In this document: piece after piece, positions 1-11,544 of the stretch
Numbering within the stretch: position 1 is the first letter of the stretch
How the letters are laid out: each line of letters begins with the position of its first letter
DNA from: Candidatus Latescibacterota bacterium
GTDB taxonomy: Bacteria > Latescibacterota > CBDEFO01
Assembly: GCA_965248755.1 (NCBI GenBank)
Contig: OZ252149.1
Location: forward strand, 2,272,001 to 2,336,000
DNA length: 64,000 nucleotides
Direction: 5' to 3'
Translations under genes and position numbers: made by a program
The notes under the pieces: generated by a model
Database searches by the model: none
What the model was told of the DNA's origin: nothing
Seen by the model: the letters and a program-made list of their open reading frames with translations, nothing else

Positions 1-477
1 AGATTTGACTTACATGAAACAGAGGAAAAGGGTTGGATTCGTGGGAGAGTTGATTATTACAGGAACCATCCCGTGTGTATTCCTGAATTAAGAGAGTTCT
101 TTAACGAACAGCGTCAGAAGTATGTAGCGTCCCTTGACGAACTGCGGTAGTGCTTGTGAAGCGGCTGCTGGAATACCGCATAAAGCCTGCGAAGTTTGCG
201 GAGAACCGCAAAGACTACAAAACGGCCAACGAAATCATAGGGGATGCTACTCCAGTTCTCGTGAACGCCGAGGTTGAAGACACTGGACAGTATACAAAAG
301 ATGGTGGTGAAGTTCCGAGTCGATCTCGTACAACAAAAGGGATGCTTCAGCCAAATCAAGGCCACAAAAAATACGGTCTGAGCCACAGCCCGCCGCCTGT
401 TGTTAGTGTGATCGTTCCGCCGCCTTCTGGAGCATAGACCCCCACCTTGGCCAAGTGTTCGTTGAGAGAGGTTCACT

Positions 478-590
478 ACTTATCGTACGGTGGTTCGGTA
501 AGATCAGATCCGCAGATTCCGATTCCAGGTGCTCTGTATATAACTCCCGAAAGTTACCGTGTATAAGACCGCTGTTGTCGGGAAGTTCCG
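478..590 (-). pseudogene. DNA amino-methyltransferase N-terminal remnant
   Basis: Minus strand reads DNSGLIHGNFRELYTEHLESESADLI and, after a frameshift, TEPPYDK; resembles the LIHGD...DLILTDPPY start of N4/N6 MTases. Confidence 0.45.
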
Positions 591-1303
591 TTTCCTAGGT
601 TACCTCTTCTACCTACTCCCGCTCGGCGGTTCTTTCTTCCTCCTTCACCTTAAGCAGCACATCCTTCGTACAGGGATGTTCTGCTTTGACCGCTCTTCTT
701 CCACTAATTCTTCGATGACATCGCGGTTGTCAGTGAGGTATGGGGCGTGGTGAGATTACTTTTGGGTGATACCTATCTCAACAAGAGGGATAGCTGATTC
801 AGAAAGGGTCCTACTGGGGAAACCTTATGCGGGGAACCCCGGTTCTACTAAGGAGCGTATGGTCGGAAACTGGAGGTTACGGCGGGCTGCTGTCCGCATC
901 GCGTGCCCTTTTCAACCGTTGGGTCGGACTGTACGACAAGGAAGGTTACGACGTTGCGTCCGTCTTACGCGCGATGATAGACAAGGACAAAGCGACTTCA
1001 GCTCGGGGCCGGCGAGTATTCACCCGGGCCAGATAGGACCGGTCGTGTGTGTGATCCACCTGTACAAGATCGCGCAGAGAATAGAGGGCAGGCAAGTATC
1101 CGCAGAATGGCCACGCTTCGCCCGAGCGAGATGCAGACAATCTGGCTCGGTTCTTGCCCCTCTATTGCAAGCCCAGGACGACCCGGAACACTGCGTGCCC
1201 GGATTCGAGGCCGGTAATATGCGTACAACTTTAGGGACTTCCAGAAGATTTTGATGAGGCTGAGTTCGTCGTCAGTTGAAAAAGCTGATATACGGAGAGC
1301 ACT

Positions 1304-2251
1304 GTGAGTCACTACGACGACATACGCAACCGAATTCACCGTCAGATGGTGCCCTTGCCCATTCTGTATCACGACGATTACTCGATCGACCATGCCGGCC
1401 TGGCCAAATATGTCTGCTGGCAGCTAGAGAACGACACCAAGAATTTTTGTCTGACTTTCATGTACAGCCAGCTCGATTTCGTGACCCCTCACGAGATTGT
1501 GGATGTGACGCGCACAGTGTTGGAGGTCGTGCGTGATGACGCGCTGTTTATCTCCTGCACTGGCGGGGGACCCGTGCACGTTGCGATCGAGACGGTCCAG
1601 GCGTTCGAAAAGCTCGGTGCGCATGCTGCTTTCGTACATCTGCCCGAACACTGTCTGCAAACTTCCTCCCGTTGCGGTGAACTCTACGTGCAATACATTC
1701 GCGCCGTGGCCAGAGAAACCGAAATCCCCCTTCTGGCAGTGGCCCTGCCGGTACCCTGGACTTCCCCCCCACAGATCATGCTCCCCGTTCAGCTCCTCGA
1801 AGATCTTTGCCAGGAGGAACAGTTCATCGGGATCAAGGACGACATTTACGTGCTGGCCAATCGGATGGAACTGGTCCGCAGGTTCTCTGGACGCATGGGC
1901 ATCACCGGCGGTGGAATTTTCACTCACTACATCTTCTTCCACCACTGGCCCAACCAGGGTGAATTTTCCGGACTCTTCAACCCCAAGCGCTGCCAGAGTA
2001 TGTTCGAGTTGCTCGATGAGAACAACTATTTGGAGGTGCTCCAGATGATAGAAGAGGATCAACAATGTGGCTTCTCTCCGCCAAACATCCATGGGATGGC
2101 ACGCAATCAGGTCGTGGTGTACGGAATGGGCTTTGCCGAGACGTACCTTATGCGTCCCCCGATTGCCTCAGCCACCGAAGAACAGGCGAAGGCCGTCATT
2201 AGACACATGCGCCAGACGCCGACACTTTTTGAGCGCGTGGCCGCCCGATAG
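1304..2251 (+). CDS. Dihydrodipicolinate synthase (DapA)-family lyase, divergent
   Basis: P..Y.DDYSIDHAGL start, FIGIKDD Schiff-base lysine motif, 315 aa. Confidence 0.75.
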   Translation: MSHYDDIRNRIHRQMVPLPILYHDDYSIDHAGLAKYVCWQLENDTKNFCLTFMYSQLDFVTPHEIVDVTRTVLEVVRDDALFISCTGGGPVHVAIETVQAFEKLGAHAAFVHLPEHCLQTSSRCGELYVQYIRAVARETEIPLLAVALPVPWTSPPQIMLPVQLLEDLCQEEQFIGIKDDIYVLANRMELVRRFSGRMGITGGGIFTHYIFFHHWPNQGEFSGLFNPKRCQSMFELLDENNYLEVLQMIEEDQQCGFSPPNIHGMARNQVVVYGMGFAETYLMRPPIASATEEQAKAVIRHMRQTPTLFERVAAR

Positions 2252-2584
2252 ACTCAAGCGGGGACCAGCAGCTACGGCATCAGCAAGAGTTGGTTGACCC
2301 AGATTTCACCCTCGACAGCAGGGAGGGGTCCCTCCACGTCGATAATACACTCTGGCACGGAGGTCGCACCCTACACTCACCCTCCGGTCCAATACCACCA
2401 AAGAGCACACCCAGCCTCTGGATCCAAGGCAAATGCACGAAACCTCATACCTGCCGCACCAGCCACGTTAGTGTCTGCAAATTCGAGGGAGTACCACTTT
2501 TCCCTTGAATACGGAACCTGATTTCCGTACCTTCTAGGTGTGAAACCTCAAAAGACCTTAATCCACCACCAACCAGGAGATAGA

Positions 2585-3340
2585 ATGAAGCTCAGGCCCA
2601 ACCGCATCAAACACAAGCTGGCCGAGGGCGGCACCGCCTTCATAGTCTGCGGCATCACCCACCCTGACGACATCGACGCCTTTGGCCCTGTCGGATTCGA
2701 CGGCGTGTGGCTGGAAGGGGAACACGGAGCCGCAGGCCCGGAGGAGCTGGGAAATCTGACCCGCGCCTGCGATATCTGGAGCATGACTTCGGTGGTACGC
2801 GTCAACCGGAACGACCAGGCCCTCATCTACCAAACCCTCGACTGCGGAGCCCAGGCGATTGTAGTGCCGCACGTGAACACCAGGGAGGAAGCCCAAAACG
2901 TGGTGGATGGCGGCAAGTTCGCCCCTATCGGCCATCGCGGCATGTACACCAGCCGACAGGGCTATGGCGTCCCAGATTATTTCCAGGTAGCCAACGACGA
3001 AAGCCTGTTGATCATCCTGATCGAGGACATAGCCGCGGTCCGCAACCTGGATGAGATCCTGACGGTAGACCACGTTGACGTGTTCTTCGTAGCGCCCTCC
3101 GACCTGGCCACATCCATGGGCCATATAGACAACAGCCAGCACCCGGACGTGCAGAAAACAATTGACGACAGCCTAGCCCGCATTCAGAAAGCCGGCGGCG
3201 TTGCCGGTTACGTTGCCACAAACGAAACGGTTGAAAAGTACGCCGCAGCGGGCGTCCGCTTTTTCCTGACCCGCATCGACTCCTGGATCGCCGCCGGGGC
3301 CGCCGAATTCATACGCCGCGCCGAGAATGGAAGGAGGTAA
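2585..3340 (+). CDS. HpcH/HpaI aldolase family
   Basis: GFDGVWLEGEHG, LDCGAQAIVVPHV, FFVAPSDL motifs; AGGAGA RBS before ATG 2585. Confidence 0.9.
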   Translation: MKLRPNRIKHKLAEGGTAFIVCGITHPDDIDAFGPVGFDGVWLEGEHGAAGPEELGNLTRACDIWSMTSVVRVNRNDQALIYQTLDCGAQAIVVPHVNTREEAQNVVDGGKFAPIGHRGMYTSRQGYGVPDYFQVANDESLLIILIEDIAAVRNLDEILTVDHVDVFFVAPSDLATSMGHIDNSQHPDVQKTIDDSLARIQKAGGVAGYVATNETVEKYAAAGVRFFLTRIDSWIAAGAAEFIRRAENGRR

Positions 3341-3342
3341 AA

Positions 3343-4218
3343 ATGAAAAACACAACTGTAAAAATCGAACCGGAAGAGGAAATCAGCTTCATGCACATTG
3401 ACCGGACCGACTTCGATTCCTTTACCCTGGCCCAGCGCATCCGCCACCTAGAGGTGGAGGGCTACGTTGCCCTTCCCGACGTGCTCGACGCCTCACAGAT
3501 TAAAAGACTCAAGGCCGAACTGTCCGACGTACCCATGCAGCACAAGGACTACAGCGAGGCGCAGACCTATGCTATGGAACCTCAGTGGCTGAGTCGCGCC
3601 GCGGCCGAACTTATCGCGCACCCGCCCGTCATCGAGTTTTTCGAGGCCCTGATGGGACCGGACGTCGTGTTCACGCACGGGCTCTTTACCCGCACTCTCT
3701 CCGGCTCTCCGGGCATCTCCATCCACACCGACGGCCAGCCCTTCGGCTCGTCCATCTTTGGCTATGAAGGCAGCTCGCCGCGCCTGTTGAGGGTACTCTA
3801 CTACCTCGATGATCTGATCCCTGAACGGGCGCCTTTCCGGCTCATACCCCGCTCGCACCTGTCCTTCCACGCCGAAGCCAACCCATACCGGCGCTACAAG
3901 TCGCATCCTCAGGAGATCACCCTGTGCATGAAGGCCGGTTCAGCCGTCATCGTTCCAGTGACCCTGTTCCACGGCACACATCCCAACAGGGACACGGTGC
4001 CCCGGGAGTTGATTCAATTCGGCTACCGGCCGGCCTGGGCAGGACCGATCCAGCCCATGGAGGAGTGGGACCCAGCACTGGTGGAGGCTGCGCCCGCAGC
4101 AGCCAAACCCTTCCTGCAGAGCCTCAACACCACCGGCAAGGAGTGGGAACAGCCGCACAAGCCCGAGGGCATGACAACAGAGGCGCCGGGGATCAATCCG
4201 GACCGCTGGGGGAATTGA
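3343..4218 (+). CDS. Phytanoyl-CoA dioxygenase (PhyH) family
   Basis: HTD and distal FHG iron ligands, LIPRSH motif; GGAGG RBS. Confidence 0.85.
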   Translation: MKNTTVKIEPEEEISFMHIDRTDFDSFTLAQRIRHLEVEGYVALPDVLDASQIKRLKAELSDVPMQHKDYSEAQTYAMEPQWLSRAAAELIAHPPVIEFFEALMGPDVVFTHGLFTRTLSGSPGISIHTDGQPFGSSIFGYEGSSPRLLRVLYYLDDLIPERAPFRLIPRSHLSFHAEANPYRRYKSHPQEITLCMKAGSAVIVPVTLFHGTHPNRDTVPRELIQFGYRPAWAGPIQPMEEWDPALVEAAPAAAKPFLQSLNTTGKEWEQPHKPEGMTTEAPGINPDRWGN

Positions 4219-4523
4219 GCGCCGGGGAGCTGGAAGGAGCCTTCCGGGGAGGAAAGCTTCCACGAAGCGTCAGAAGACAAAATCAGGTGATGCAGGGTAC
4301 TGCCGCGTGGTTGTAGTACAAGGCGATACTGGTTCCTCTCAATGGTCGGCGCGGGACGAGTCGCTGACGTCGGCACATCGGATCAGGGTTTGAGCCATAG
4401 TCTCTTGATTCCAGGCTCACTTAACCCGTCCGCCGGTCACAAGTGCCGCGGCGACCCCCACGCGCAATTGCCGGTTGCAACCAATCATGGGGGATTTGAA
4501 AAATGTGCGAAGGCAAATTATTA

Positions 4524-5255
4524 ATGGATAGAGTAGCGCTCGTCACAGGCGCTACCCGGGGCATGGGGAGACACATTGCTTTAGCGCTGGCGAAAGAGGG
4601 AGCACAGGTAGCCATCAACGATTTGGAAGAAGAAAAGATAAGACAGGCAGCAGAAGAAATCGGTCCATCGGCGCTACCTTTCCAGGTTGATGTTAGCAAT
4701 TATGGCCAAGTTGAGAAAATGGTAAGGGAGATAGAAGAAAAATTCCACCGCATAGATATTCTGGTCAACAATGCAGGTGTATTGAGACCAACAGAATTTG
4801 ACCAGATTGATGAGGAGGAATGGGATTATGTATTGGATGTTAATCTCAAAGGCGTCTTTATCGTCTCACGGCTGGTCGTTCCCATAATGAAGAAAAGGAG
4901 ATATGGAAAGATCGTGAGTACGTCTTCGCTGGCAGGTAAGACAGTGAGCGATCTGGGAGGAGCACATTACACCGCTTCCAAGGCCGGGGTTTTGGGCTTG
5001 ACCAGACATATGGCGAAAGAGTTAGGTCCTTTTGGGATAAATGTTAATGCTATCTGCCCGGGCATGATTGATACCGAGATGGCCAGAGAAAACTCCTCAC
5101 AAGAACAACTGGAAGCTTACGCCAGGAGCTATCCTCTTCCAAGATTGGGGACACCAGAAGATGTGGCCCGCCTGGTGTTGTTCCTGGTCTCTGACCAGTC
5201 TTCTTACATCACCGGTGCCGCTGTAGACATAAATGGCGGAGATTTGATGATCTAA
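4524..5255 (+). CDS. Short-chain dehydrogenase/reductase
   Basis: TGATRGMG, NNAG, YTASK motifs. Confidence 0.92.
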   Translation: MDRVALVTGATRGMGRHIALALAKEGAQVAINDLEEEKIRQAAEEIGPSALPFQVDVSNYGQVEKMVREIEEKFHRIDILVNNAGVLRPTEFDQIDEEEWDYVLDVNLKGVFIVSRLVVPIMKKRRYGKIVSTSSLAGKTVSDLGGAHYTASKAGVLGLTRHMAKELGPFGINVNAICPGMIDTEMARENSSQEQLEAYARSYPLPRLGTPEDVARLVLFLVSDQSSYITGAAVDINGGDLMI

Positions 5256-5282
5256 CCCGATTAATTCATAAACTTGATGGAA

Positions 5283-5403
5283 GTCATTGCGAGGAGCAAA
5301 GCGACGAAGCAATCTCAAGGTTTTATAGTGGTCTCCTATGAGAGCCGGAGAGTATTACATCTACCACATAATCGAGATTGCTTCGCCTCCGGCTCGCAAT
5401 GAC
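5283..5403. repeat. Palindromic REP/RPE-like element
   Basis: GTCATTGCGAG...GAAGCAATCTC paired with GAGATTGCTTC...CTCGCAATGAC. Confidence 0.7.
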
Positions 5404-5541
5404 ACCGAAGATGGTTAAACGGCATAACTATAATCTAATACAATCCCTTAATTAATACACAGCCTTTTTTTGTGAATTATTCGGGCTACTACGATCAAGG
5501 ACAGTTTATCAGATACGATGGAATAGGAAGGGAGACGCCTT

Positions 5542-5889
5542 GTGATACTTCGCGGCCACCATAACATCGAAGAACAACTGGGAGATAGCAGCCACGGCGG
5601 TTCGGGGAAATTCGCGGTTCGGACCCTGTTGGAAGAGGAGTTCCAGAGTAACCTAGCCTATGTCAGGGAACTCGTGTTGAAACCTAATTCCTCAATCGGG
5701 ATTCACGAACACCAGGGAGATGAAGAGATCTACTATATTGTCTCCGGACAGGGGCTTATGACAGTGGACAATGAGAAGCGCAATGTCAAGCCTGGAGACG
5801 TGATTCTGACTAAATCAGGAAGCAGTCATGGGCTGTTGAACGAAGGCAATGAAGACCTCAAGATATTTGTTGCTTGCGCGAAACTGTAG
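5542..5889 (+). CDS. Cupin domain protein
   Basis: GIHEHQGDEEIYYIVSGQG and SHGL cupin motifs. Confidence 0.9.
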   Translation: MILRGHHNIEEQLGDSSHGGSGKFAVRTLLEEEFQSNLAYVRELVLKPNSSIGIHEHQGDEEIYYIVSGQGLMTVDNEKRNVKPGDVILTKSGSSHGLLNEGNEDLKIFVACAKL

Positions 5890-6282
5890 CAGCTCTATAC
5901 TCGGCACCGCTCAAATGACGGCCTGCAAGCCGTTGAACAGAAAGAAGAAGGAGAGGTAAGACCTTGGTATTATCGAGTGGGCCTACTTCCTGCTGACAAA
6001 CAGTTACGGAGGCACGACCAGTACGACCCCTTTATCAGTAACGTTTTACAAAACAACAGTTTATGTATTTGACCCCGTACTAGTCGTACTAGTCGTACTT
6101 GCAAAAAGCAGATGGGAAGATGGCAGGGGCGAGCCAAAGGGATTAAGAAAACGACATTGAAAGTGTTTCTCAAAAGGAGGAAAAGATGGATGTTGAAGCC
6201 CTGCTTACAGTCAAACAGGGAACCAAGTTCTTAAGAAAGGCACGCGTTTCATGCAACAAAACCTATTCGAGGTGCAGATACC

Positions 6283-7872
6283 ATGAGTGAGAGACACGAA
6301 ATCATGTTCGAGACGGATGGTCGTCACTCAAGCGTCTACCTATACGAACCTCCGATGGGCGTGAGGCAGTACGTGGAGCCTATAGACGAGGTCCTGGATC
6401 TGGGCATCGATACCATCAGCTACGTGGTGGGAGATTGCAGCGTGCTGCTCTACGACACCAAGGTAGGCGAGCGATGGGGGCACAACGTTGACCTGGCCAA
6501 CCATGAAGTCTATTACAAAGCCGCCCAGAACTGCGAGGCCATGATCAAGAGCGGCTACGACCCACTCATGGTCGTCTGCGAGCATGCCCATAAGCGGGAC
6601 CTCAAGTTTCTACCCCATCTCCTTCTGAATATGTCTCACGTAGACCACGATCGGGTAACCAGCTGCCGCGTCGCTGACTTTACCACTGAGCACCCTGAGT
6701 GGCAGGTCGGTGAGGAACTCGACTACCCCGAAGCAGAATTCGACCAACCAAGCCGCCTGTCGTACACCGTGCCCGAGGTTCGGGAAAACCGGATGGCGGT
6801 CATCCGAGAACTGCTAGGCGACTACCCGACCGACGGTATTGAGATTAACTTCCATGACTACGCACCCTTCATAGCCCGCAGGGAAGTGGCCGAGCACACC
6901 GACACCGTGACCGACTGGGTGCGGCAGATCAGCCAGGCTTGCGACGAGGCCGCCCGGACACAGGGCCGGCAGAAGCGGCTGGTGGCCCGAATCTCCGCGA
7001 CCCTGGAGGGCAGCAGGCTTATTGGCCACGATGTCGAAACGTGGGTAAAGGAAGGGCTGGTAGACACTATTGTGGCGATGACGGTCGGCGGCGACTTCTC
7101 CAGCGAGACGGCGCGGCTTCGGGAGATCGTAACGCTCGCAGAGGACACGGGCATACCAGTTATTGCCGGTCTGGACAGCGTCGGTCAGGAGCAGACGGCA
7201 GAGGTGCATCGCGCCGCCGTCGTCAATGCCTACAACGCTGGTGTGCAGGGCATTCTCTATCATCGGTACTATCCGCCGCCACATCGCTACCCGTACACGA
7301 CCCAAGACACGGACCGCCTTCGCTACCTCGCCTACCCGGACGTTGTGGCACACAAAGACAAGACCTTCCACGTAGGACCTGGAGCAGACCGACCTAAAGC
7401 CGCCACATATGGCCTCACAGAACAGCTACCGCAGGAGCTAAAGGTCGGTGATCGGGGTAAGGAGATCACCATTGACGTGGCCGACGACATCGCCTCCAAG
7501 CAGGCAGCAGGCGAGTTATGGCGCTGCGAGCTACGGATCATGCTACACGAAATGCTTCGCGCCGATGAGGTACGAATGTACTGGAACGGCGCAGTGGTGC
7601 CGGAGGATCGGATTCGCAAGGTGGACTGGGTGTTCCAGATGCGGCCAAGCGCGGGCGTACGGGGCTACCGTCTCCATGTCGATCTAACGGACGGATTGCT
7701 GCCAAACAAGGACACCAACAGGCTGCGCGTCGACCTGCTGAAGAAGGACGAGACGCTCATCCACCCGATCTCGATCACCGACGTGGACGTGCTGGTTGAG
7801 TACCTGCCACACCGCAACGCTCTCCGCAACGACGAGACATATGCGGGTGCAGCAGTGACTTTCACGCCGTAG
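6283..7872 (+). CDS. Glycoside hydrolase-like (GHL10/DUF187-type) TIM-barrel protein
   Basis: EHPEW, LSYTVPEVRE...RELLGDYPTDGIEINF pattern. Confidence 0.6.
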   Translation: MSERHEIMFETDGRHSSVYLYEPPMGVRQYVEPIDEVLDLGIDTISYVVGDCSVLLYDTKVGERWGHNVDLANHEVYYKAAQNCEAMIKSGYDPLMVVCEHAHKRDLKFLPHLLLNMSHVDHDRVTSCRVADFTTEHPEWQVGEELDYPEAEFDQPSRLSYTVPEVRENRMAVIRELLGDYPTDGIEINFHDYAPFIARREVAEHTDTVTDWVRQISQACDEAARTQGRQKRLVARISATLEGSRLIGHDVETWVKEGLVDTIVAMTVGGDFSSETARLREIVTLAEDTGIPVIAGLDSVGQEQTAEVHRAAVVNAYNAGVQGILYHRYYPPPHRYPYTTQDTDRLRYLAYPDVVAHKDKTFHVGPGADRPKAATYGLTEQLPQELKVGDRGKEITIDVADDIASKQAAGELWRCELRIMLHEMLRADEVRMYWNGAVVPEDRIRKVDWVFQMRPSAGVRGYRLHVDLTDGLLPNKDTNRLRVDLLKKDETLIHPISITDVDVLVEYLPHRNALRNDETYAGAAVTFTP

Positions 7873-8030
7873 AATGCTGGAAACTCCGTTGGAGCCGCGT
7901 TCCGCATACCGCATAATCGCGGTGCGCTAAGGGCGTAAAGCAGGGCTGGATGCCGTCTGATGCGATAGAGGGTATTCGGATTCAGACTTACATTGTCGAG
8001 TCCTGAGCAGCTATCACTAAGGAGAAACAA

Positions 8031-9845
8031 ATGCCCTATGTAACAACTTTGCTCGTTCTATTGCAAGCTTCCTTCGCAGCCGCTGCTCCCAGAGGGGTCA
8101 GAATTAGTCAATTAGGGGACTGGGATATCGTCATTGCTAAGGATGCCATTCCCAGCGAGGGATATGCAGCCAAGGAGTTCCAGAATTTCTTGAAGCAAGC
8201 CACTGACATTCATCTGCCCATCGTCACTTCGGTGGATAAGGGAAGTAATTTTCATATCTATATCGGAAGCGGCACATCGATGAAATCCAGCCCGGTTGGA
8301 TTTGATGTTCAGGATTTCGGACCGGAAGATCTGCGGATTATCGTTAGCAAGAAGAATATTGCAATTGCCGGGGGCCAGCCCAGAGGAACGCTGTACGGCG
8401 TCTATACGTTTCTTGAAGATTACCTGGGCGTGCGTTTCCTGTCTCAGGACCACACGTATGTGCCTCGTGCAAAGAAACGAGCCATGATCAGCCAAGTGGA
8501 TCGGTCGTATAATCCTCCAATGTCATACCGCTTTAGCGCGTATAAGGTAAACGCGGATCATCCCGAGTTTGCGGCCAGGTTGCGCTGTAATACAGTAACA
8601 CATGACCCCATGCTTGGCGGCACAAGTGATATTATGCTTTTCGGCCATAGCTTCTACCGGCAGGTTCCCTGGAGGGAATACTCGAAGTCAAACCCGGAAT
8701 ATTTTGGCATGCGTGACGATAAGTACATCACCGAAGAAAAAGATGCTCAACTGTGTCTGTCGCATCCCGAAGTGCTTAAAATTGTCACTCAGGCTGTACT
8801 CGACGAGCTTGCGGCTAATCCCGACCAGAAGAGCATCGCCGTTAGCCAAAACGACGGGGGACACAAATGTCGCTGCCCGAAATGTGAGTTAACAGATCAG
8901 CGCGAAGAATCGGGCATGGGGACTCTCTTGCTTTTCGTGAACGCAGTGGCTAAAGAGGTGGCGAAGAAATATCCGGACGTGAAAATCGGCACGCTCGCAT
9001 ACAAGTATTCGCAGAAACCGCCAAAGACAATTAAGGCGCATCCCAATGTAATCGTTCAACTGACGACTCATGATTGCAGCGTAACGGATCTGATTGAAAC
9101 GTCCACGTATTCGGAAAGCGTGAAATTCCGTCAGGACTTAGAGGGCTGGGGTCGAATCTGCGATTATATCAACCTCTGGTATTACAATACCAATTTTGCG
9201 ATATATCAGTTGCCGATACCCAATATGCGCGTTGTTGAGCCAAACATTCGTTATTTTCTGGATAATGGCGTTAAGGGCATCTTTATGCAGGCGGTATATA
9301 ATGCGCCGCAGTCCGGGCTTTCTGATCTGAAGAACTATATGACCAGCCGATTACTGTGGGATCCCAATGAAGATAGCAACAAAGTGATGGACGAGTTTCT
9401 GGATATGCACTACGGCAAGGCCGGTCGCCCGATTCGAAGGTTCATAGATCGTTTACACGAGAGTGCGGAAGAAAAGGGCATACAGTATGGGTGGTCGGGT
9501 ATAGGCGAGAATTTCGGGATTGATGCATCGGTCGTTCGTGCTGGCGTGCAGGCTTTAGATGAGGCTTTTGCATTGACCGATGATCCGACAATTCGTGCTC
9601 GTCTTGAGAAGGCCTCGATTGCCATCCACGCTGCAGCTATGAGCGAGGCCCTTCCCTGGGCATGGTCCGGAAAGGATGGAAAGGTCCCTCCTGACATTGC
9701 TGCACGCACCCGTCCACATTTCAGAGAGTTCTTCAGATTGTGCCAGAAGTACGGCATAACGATGTGGAATGAAGCTGTGCCTATGGATGAGATGTATTAC
9801 TTCCTGAAGGTGGATTTTGGCATGAAGCGCGATGAGCCCTGGTGA
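8031..9845 (+). CDS. Secreted DUF4838-type protein
   Basis: Signal peptide; RGTLYGVYTFLEDYLGVRF, QLCLSHPEV, SQNDG..CRCPKC motifs. Confidence 0.8.
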   Translation: MPYVTTLLVLLQASFAAAAPRGVRISQLGDWDIVIAKDAIPSEGYAAKEFQNFLKQATDIHLPIVTSVDKGSNFHIYIGSGTSMKSSPVGFDVQDFGPEDLRIIVSKKNIAIAGGQPRGTLYGVYTFLEDYLGVRFLSQDHTYVPRAKKRAMISQVDRSYNPPMSYRFSAYKVNADHPEFAARLRCNTVTHDPMLGGTSDIMLFGHSFYRQVPWREYSKSNPEYFGMRDDKYITEEKDAQLCLSHPEVLKIVTQAVLDELAANPDQKSIAVSQNDGGHKCRCPKCELTDQREESGMGTLLLFVNAVAKEVAKKYPDVKIGTLAYKYSQKPPKTIKAHPNVIVQLTTHDCSVTDLIETSTYSESVKFRQDLEGWGRICDYINLWYYNTNFAIYQLPIPNMRVVEPNIRYFLDNGVKGIFMQAVYNAPQSGLSDLKNYMTSRLLWDPNEDSNKVMDEFLDMHYGKAGRPIRRFIDRLHESAEEKGIQYGWSGIGENFGIDASVVRAGVQALDEAFALTDDPTIRARLEKASIAIHAAAMSEALPWAWSGKDGKVPPDIAARTRPHFREFFRLCQKYGITMWNEAVPMDEMYYFLKVDFGMKRDEPW

Positions 9846-10261
9846 GAGAGAGTATGTTTAGGCACGAACAGAAGCGCACTTCGAGATTTTCGGCTACGTC
9901 ATGATGCGCCAATGCTACTCGCCGTTGAGATCGAGGTGCTCGGCCGGGAATTCCAGTCCATTATCTCCTAGCACCTGAACAAGCCCGATCTAGTCCAGAT
10001 ATGGTCTTGCGTGATTGACTTGGCCCTGGAGCATCCAGAGTTGATCGAAATGTTCGTTGAAGACGATCACATGTTCCACGTGATCGAAACGCTGCTGGGA
10101 TCGGACTTCGTCTGGTGTGGGGCCAACATGCAAGCCGTTTAATAGAATAGTAGGGGCGGGAGTATTATGCACAATTCACACACAGATTTGGCAATCGTAC
10201 CTGGCAATCCCCGATTGACTCTATCGGGGGTCGGGCGGTACAGCGTTAGGAGGTATGACAA

Positions 10262-11017
10262 ATGAGTTCATTCGGGAAGATAGCCATCGTTACGGGAGCG
10301 GGAACCGGTATTGGCAGGCGAACGACTCTCGCTCTTCTGCAGGAGGGGTATTCCGTTGCACTGGCTGGACGCCGCATGGAGCCCTTAGAGACAACTGCGG
10401 CAGAAGCAGAGCCGTCTGGATCGAAAACACTGGTTGTTCCTACGGACGTGACAGACCCCGCCTCCGTTCGAGCCTTGTTCACCAAGACGAAGGAGACCTT
10501 TGGCCGGCTCGACGTGCTGTTTAACAACGCGGGGATCGGAGCGGGGGGACCCCTGGAAGATCTGACCTACGAGAAATGGAAATCCGTCGTGGACACCAAC
10601 CTGACCGGCACATTTCTGTGTACGCAGGAAGCGTTCAAGATCATGAAGAGTCAGAAACCCAGGGGCGGGCGCATCATCAATAACGGCTCCATATCGGCTC
10701 ACGTACCACGTCCCAACGCTGCGCCCTATACGACCGCTAAGCACGGCGTGACAGGTCTTACTAAGTCGACCGCTTTAGAGGGACGCCAGTACGATATTGC
10801 CTGCGGCCAGATAGACATTGGCAACGCCGAGACTCAGATGACCGACGGAATGCAAGACGGCGTTCCGCAGGCCAATGGATCACTCAAGGTTGAACCTACT
10901 ATGGACGCAGATCATGTAGCGCGCGCAGTGGTGTACATGGCCAATCTCCCTTTGGACGCCAACGTGCCATTTATGACCATCATGGCGACCAAGATGCCCT
11001 ACATCGGGCGAGGCTGA
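10262..11017 (+). CDS. Short-chain dehydrogenase/reductase
   Basis: [27 protein letters not shown]. Confidence 0.92.
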   Translation: MSSFGKIAIVTGAGTGIGRRTTLALLQEGYSVALAGRRMEPLETTAAEAEPSGSKTLVVPTDVTDPASVRALFTKTKETFGRLDVLFNNAGIGAGGPLEDLTYEKWKSVVDTNLTGTFLCTQEAFKIMKSQKPRGGRIINNGSISAHVPRPNAAPYTTAKHGVTGLTKSTALEGRQYDIACGQIDIGNAETQMTDGMQDGVPQANGSLKVEPTMDADHVARAVVYMANLPLDANVPFMTIMATKMPYIGRG

Positions 11018-11544
11018 TCCTCGATCCCCCCCCGATAGATTCAATCGGGGACTCAATCGGAGACAAGCGTTGAGGAGGGTTATAAACTGAGCTACTGCTG
11101 AAGCGCTTCCGCTCTCCAAAGGGGAGCGCAAAGATTGGTTTTTTGAACTCTTATAGATGAGGTCTATTGTACAACAAGAATGTTTTTTGAAAAGTCATTG
11201 TAACACAGGAGCTTGGGAGAAGCTTCAAAATTGTCCAATATTGTGCTTCAAGCTTTTGATTTCTTACTGGTTCATAACAAATACCTCTACTATTACGGAA
11301 TACGTCTAATATAATAAGGGTAATCTCTGGGGTAGCGGTGCTGGTCGCTATCTCCTATCTGACATGAGAGGACTTTAACTTTCCGCATTTACTTTCAGCG
11401 GGGATACGGTTCTTTATATCGCTGTCGGATGTCCTTATACTCAACGTCGGAGATAACTTTCTTATTCTTCTCGTATTCCACAGTCTCGACCGAGGTACCC
11501 TGGATTTCATCTCGCTCAGACGGTCCTTGCGGTTGATACGGCTT

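Noticed and set aside
6076..6101. Short CGTACTAGT tandem repeat
   Set aside because: Under three copies with no supporting context
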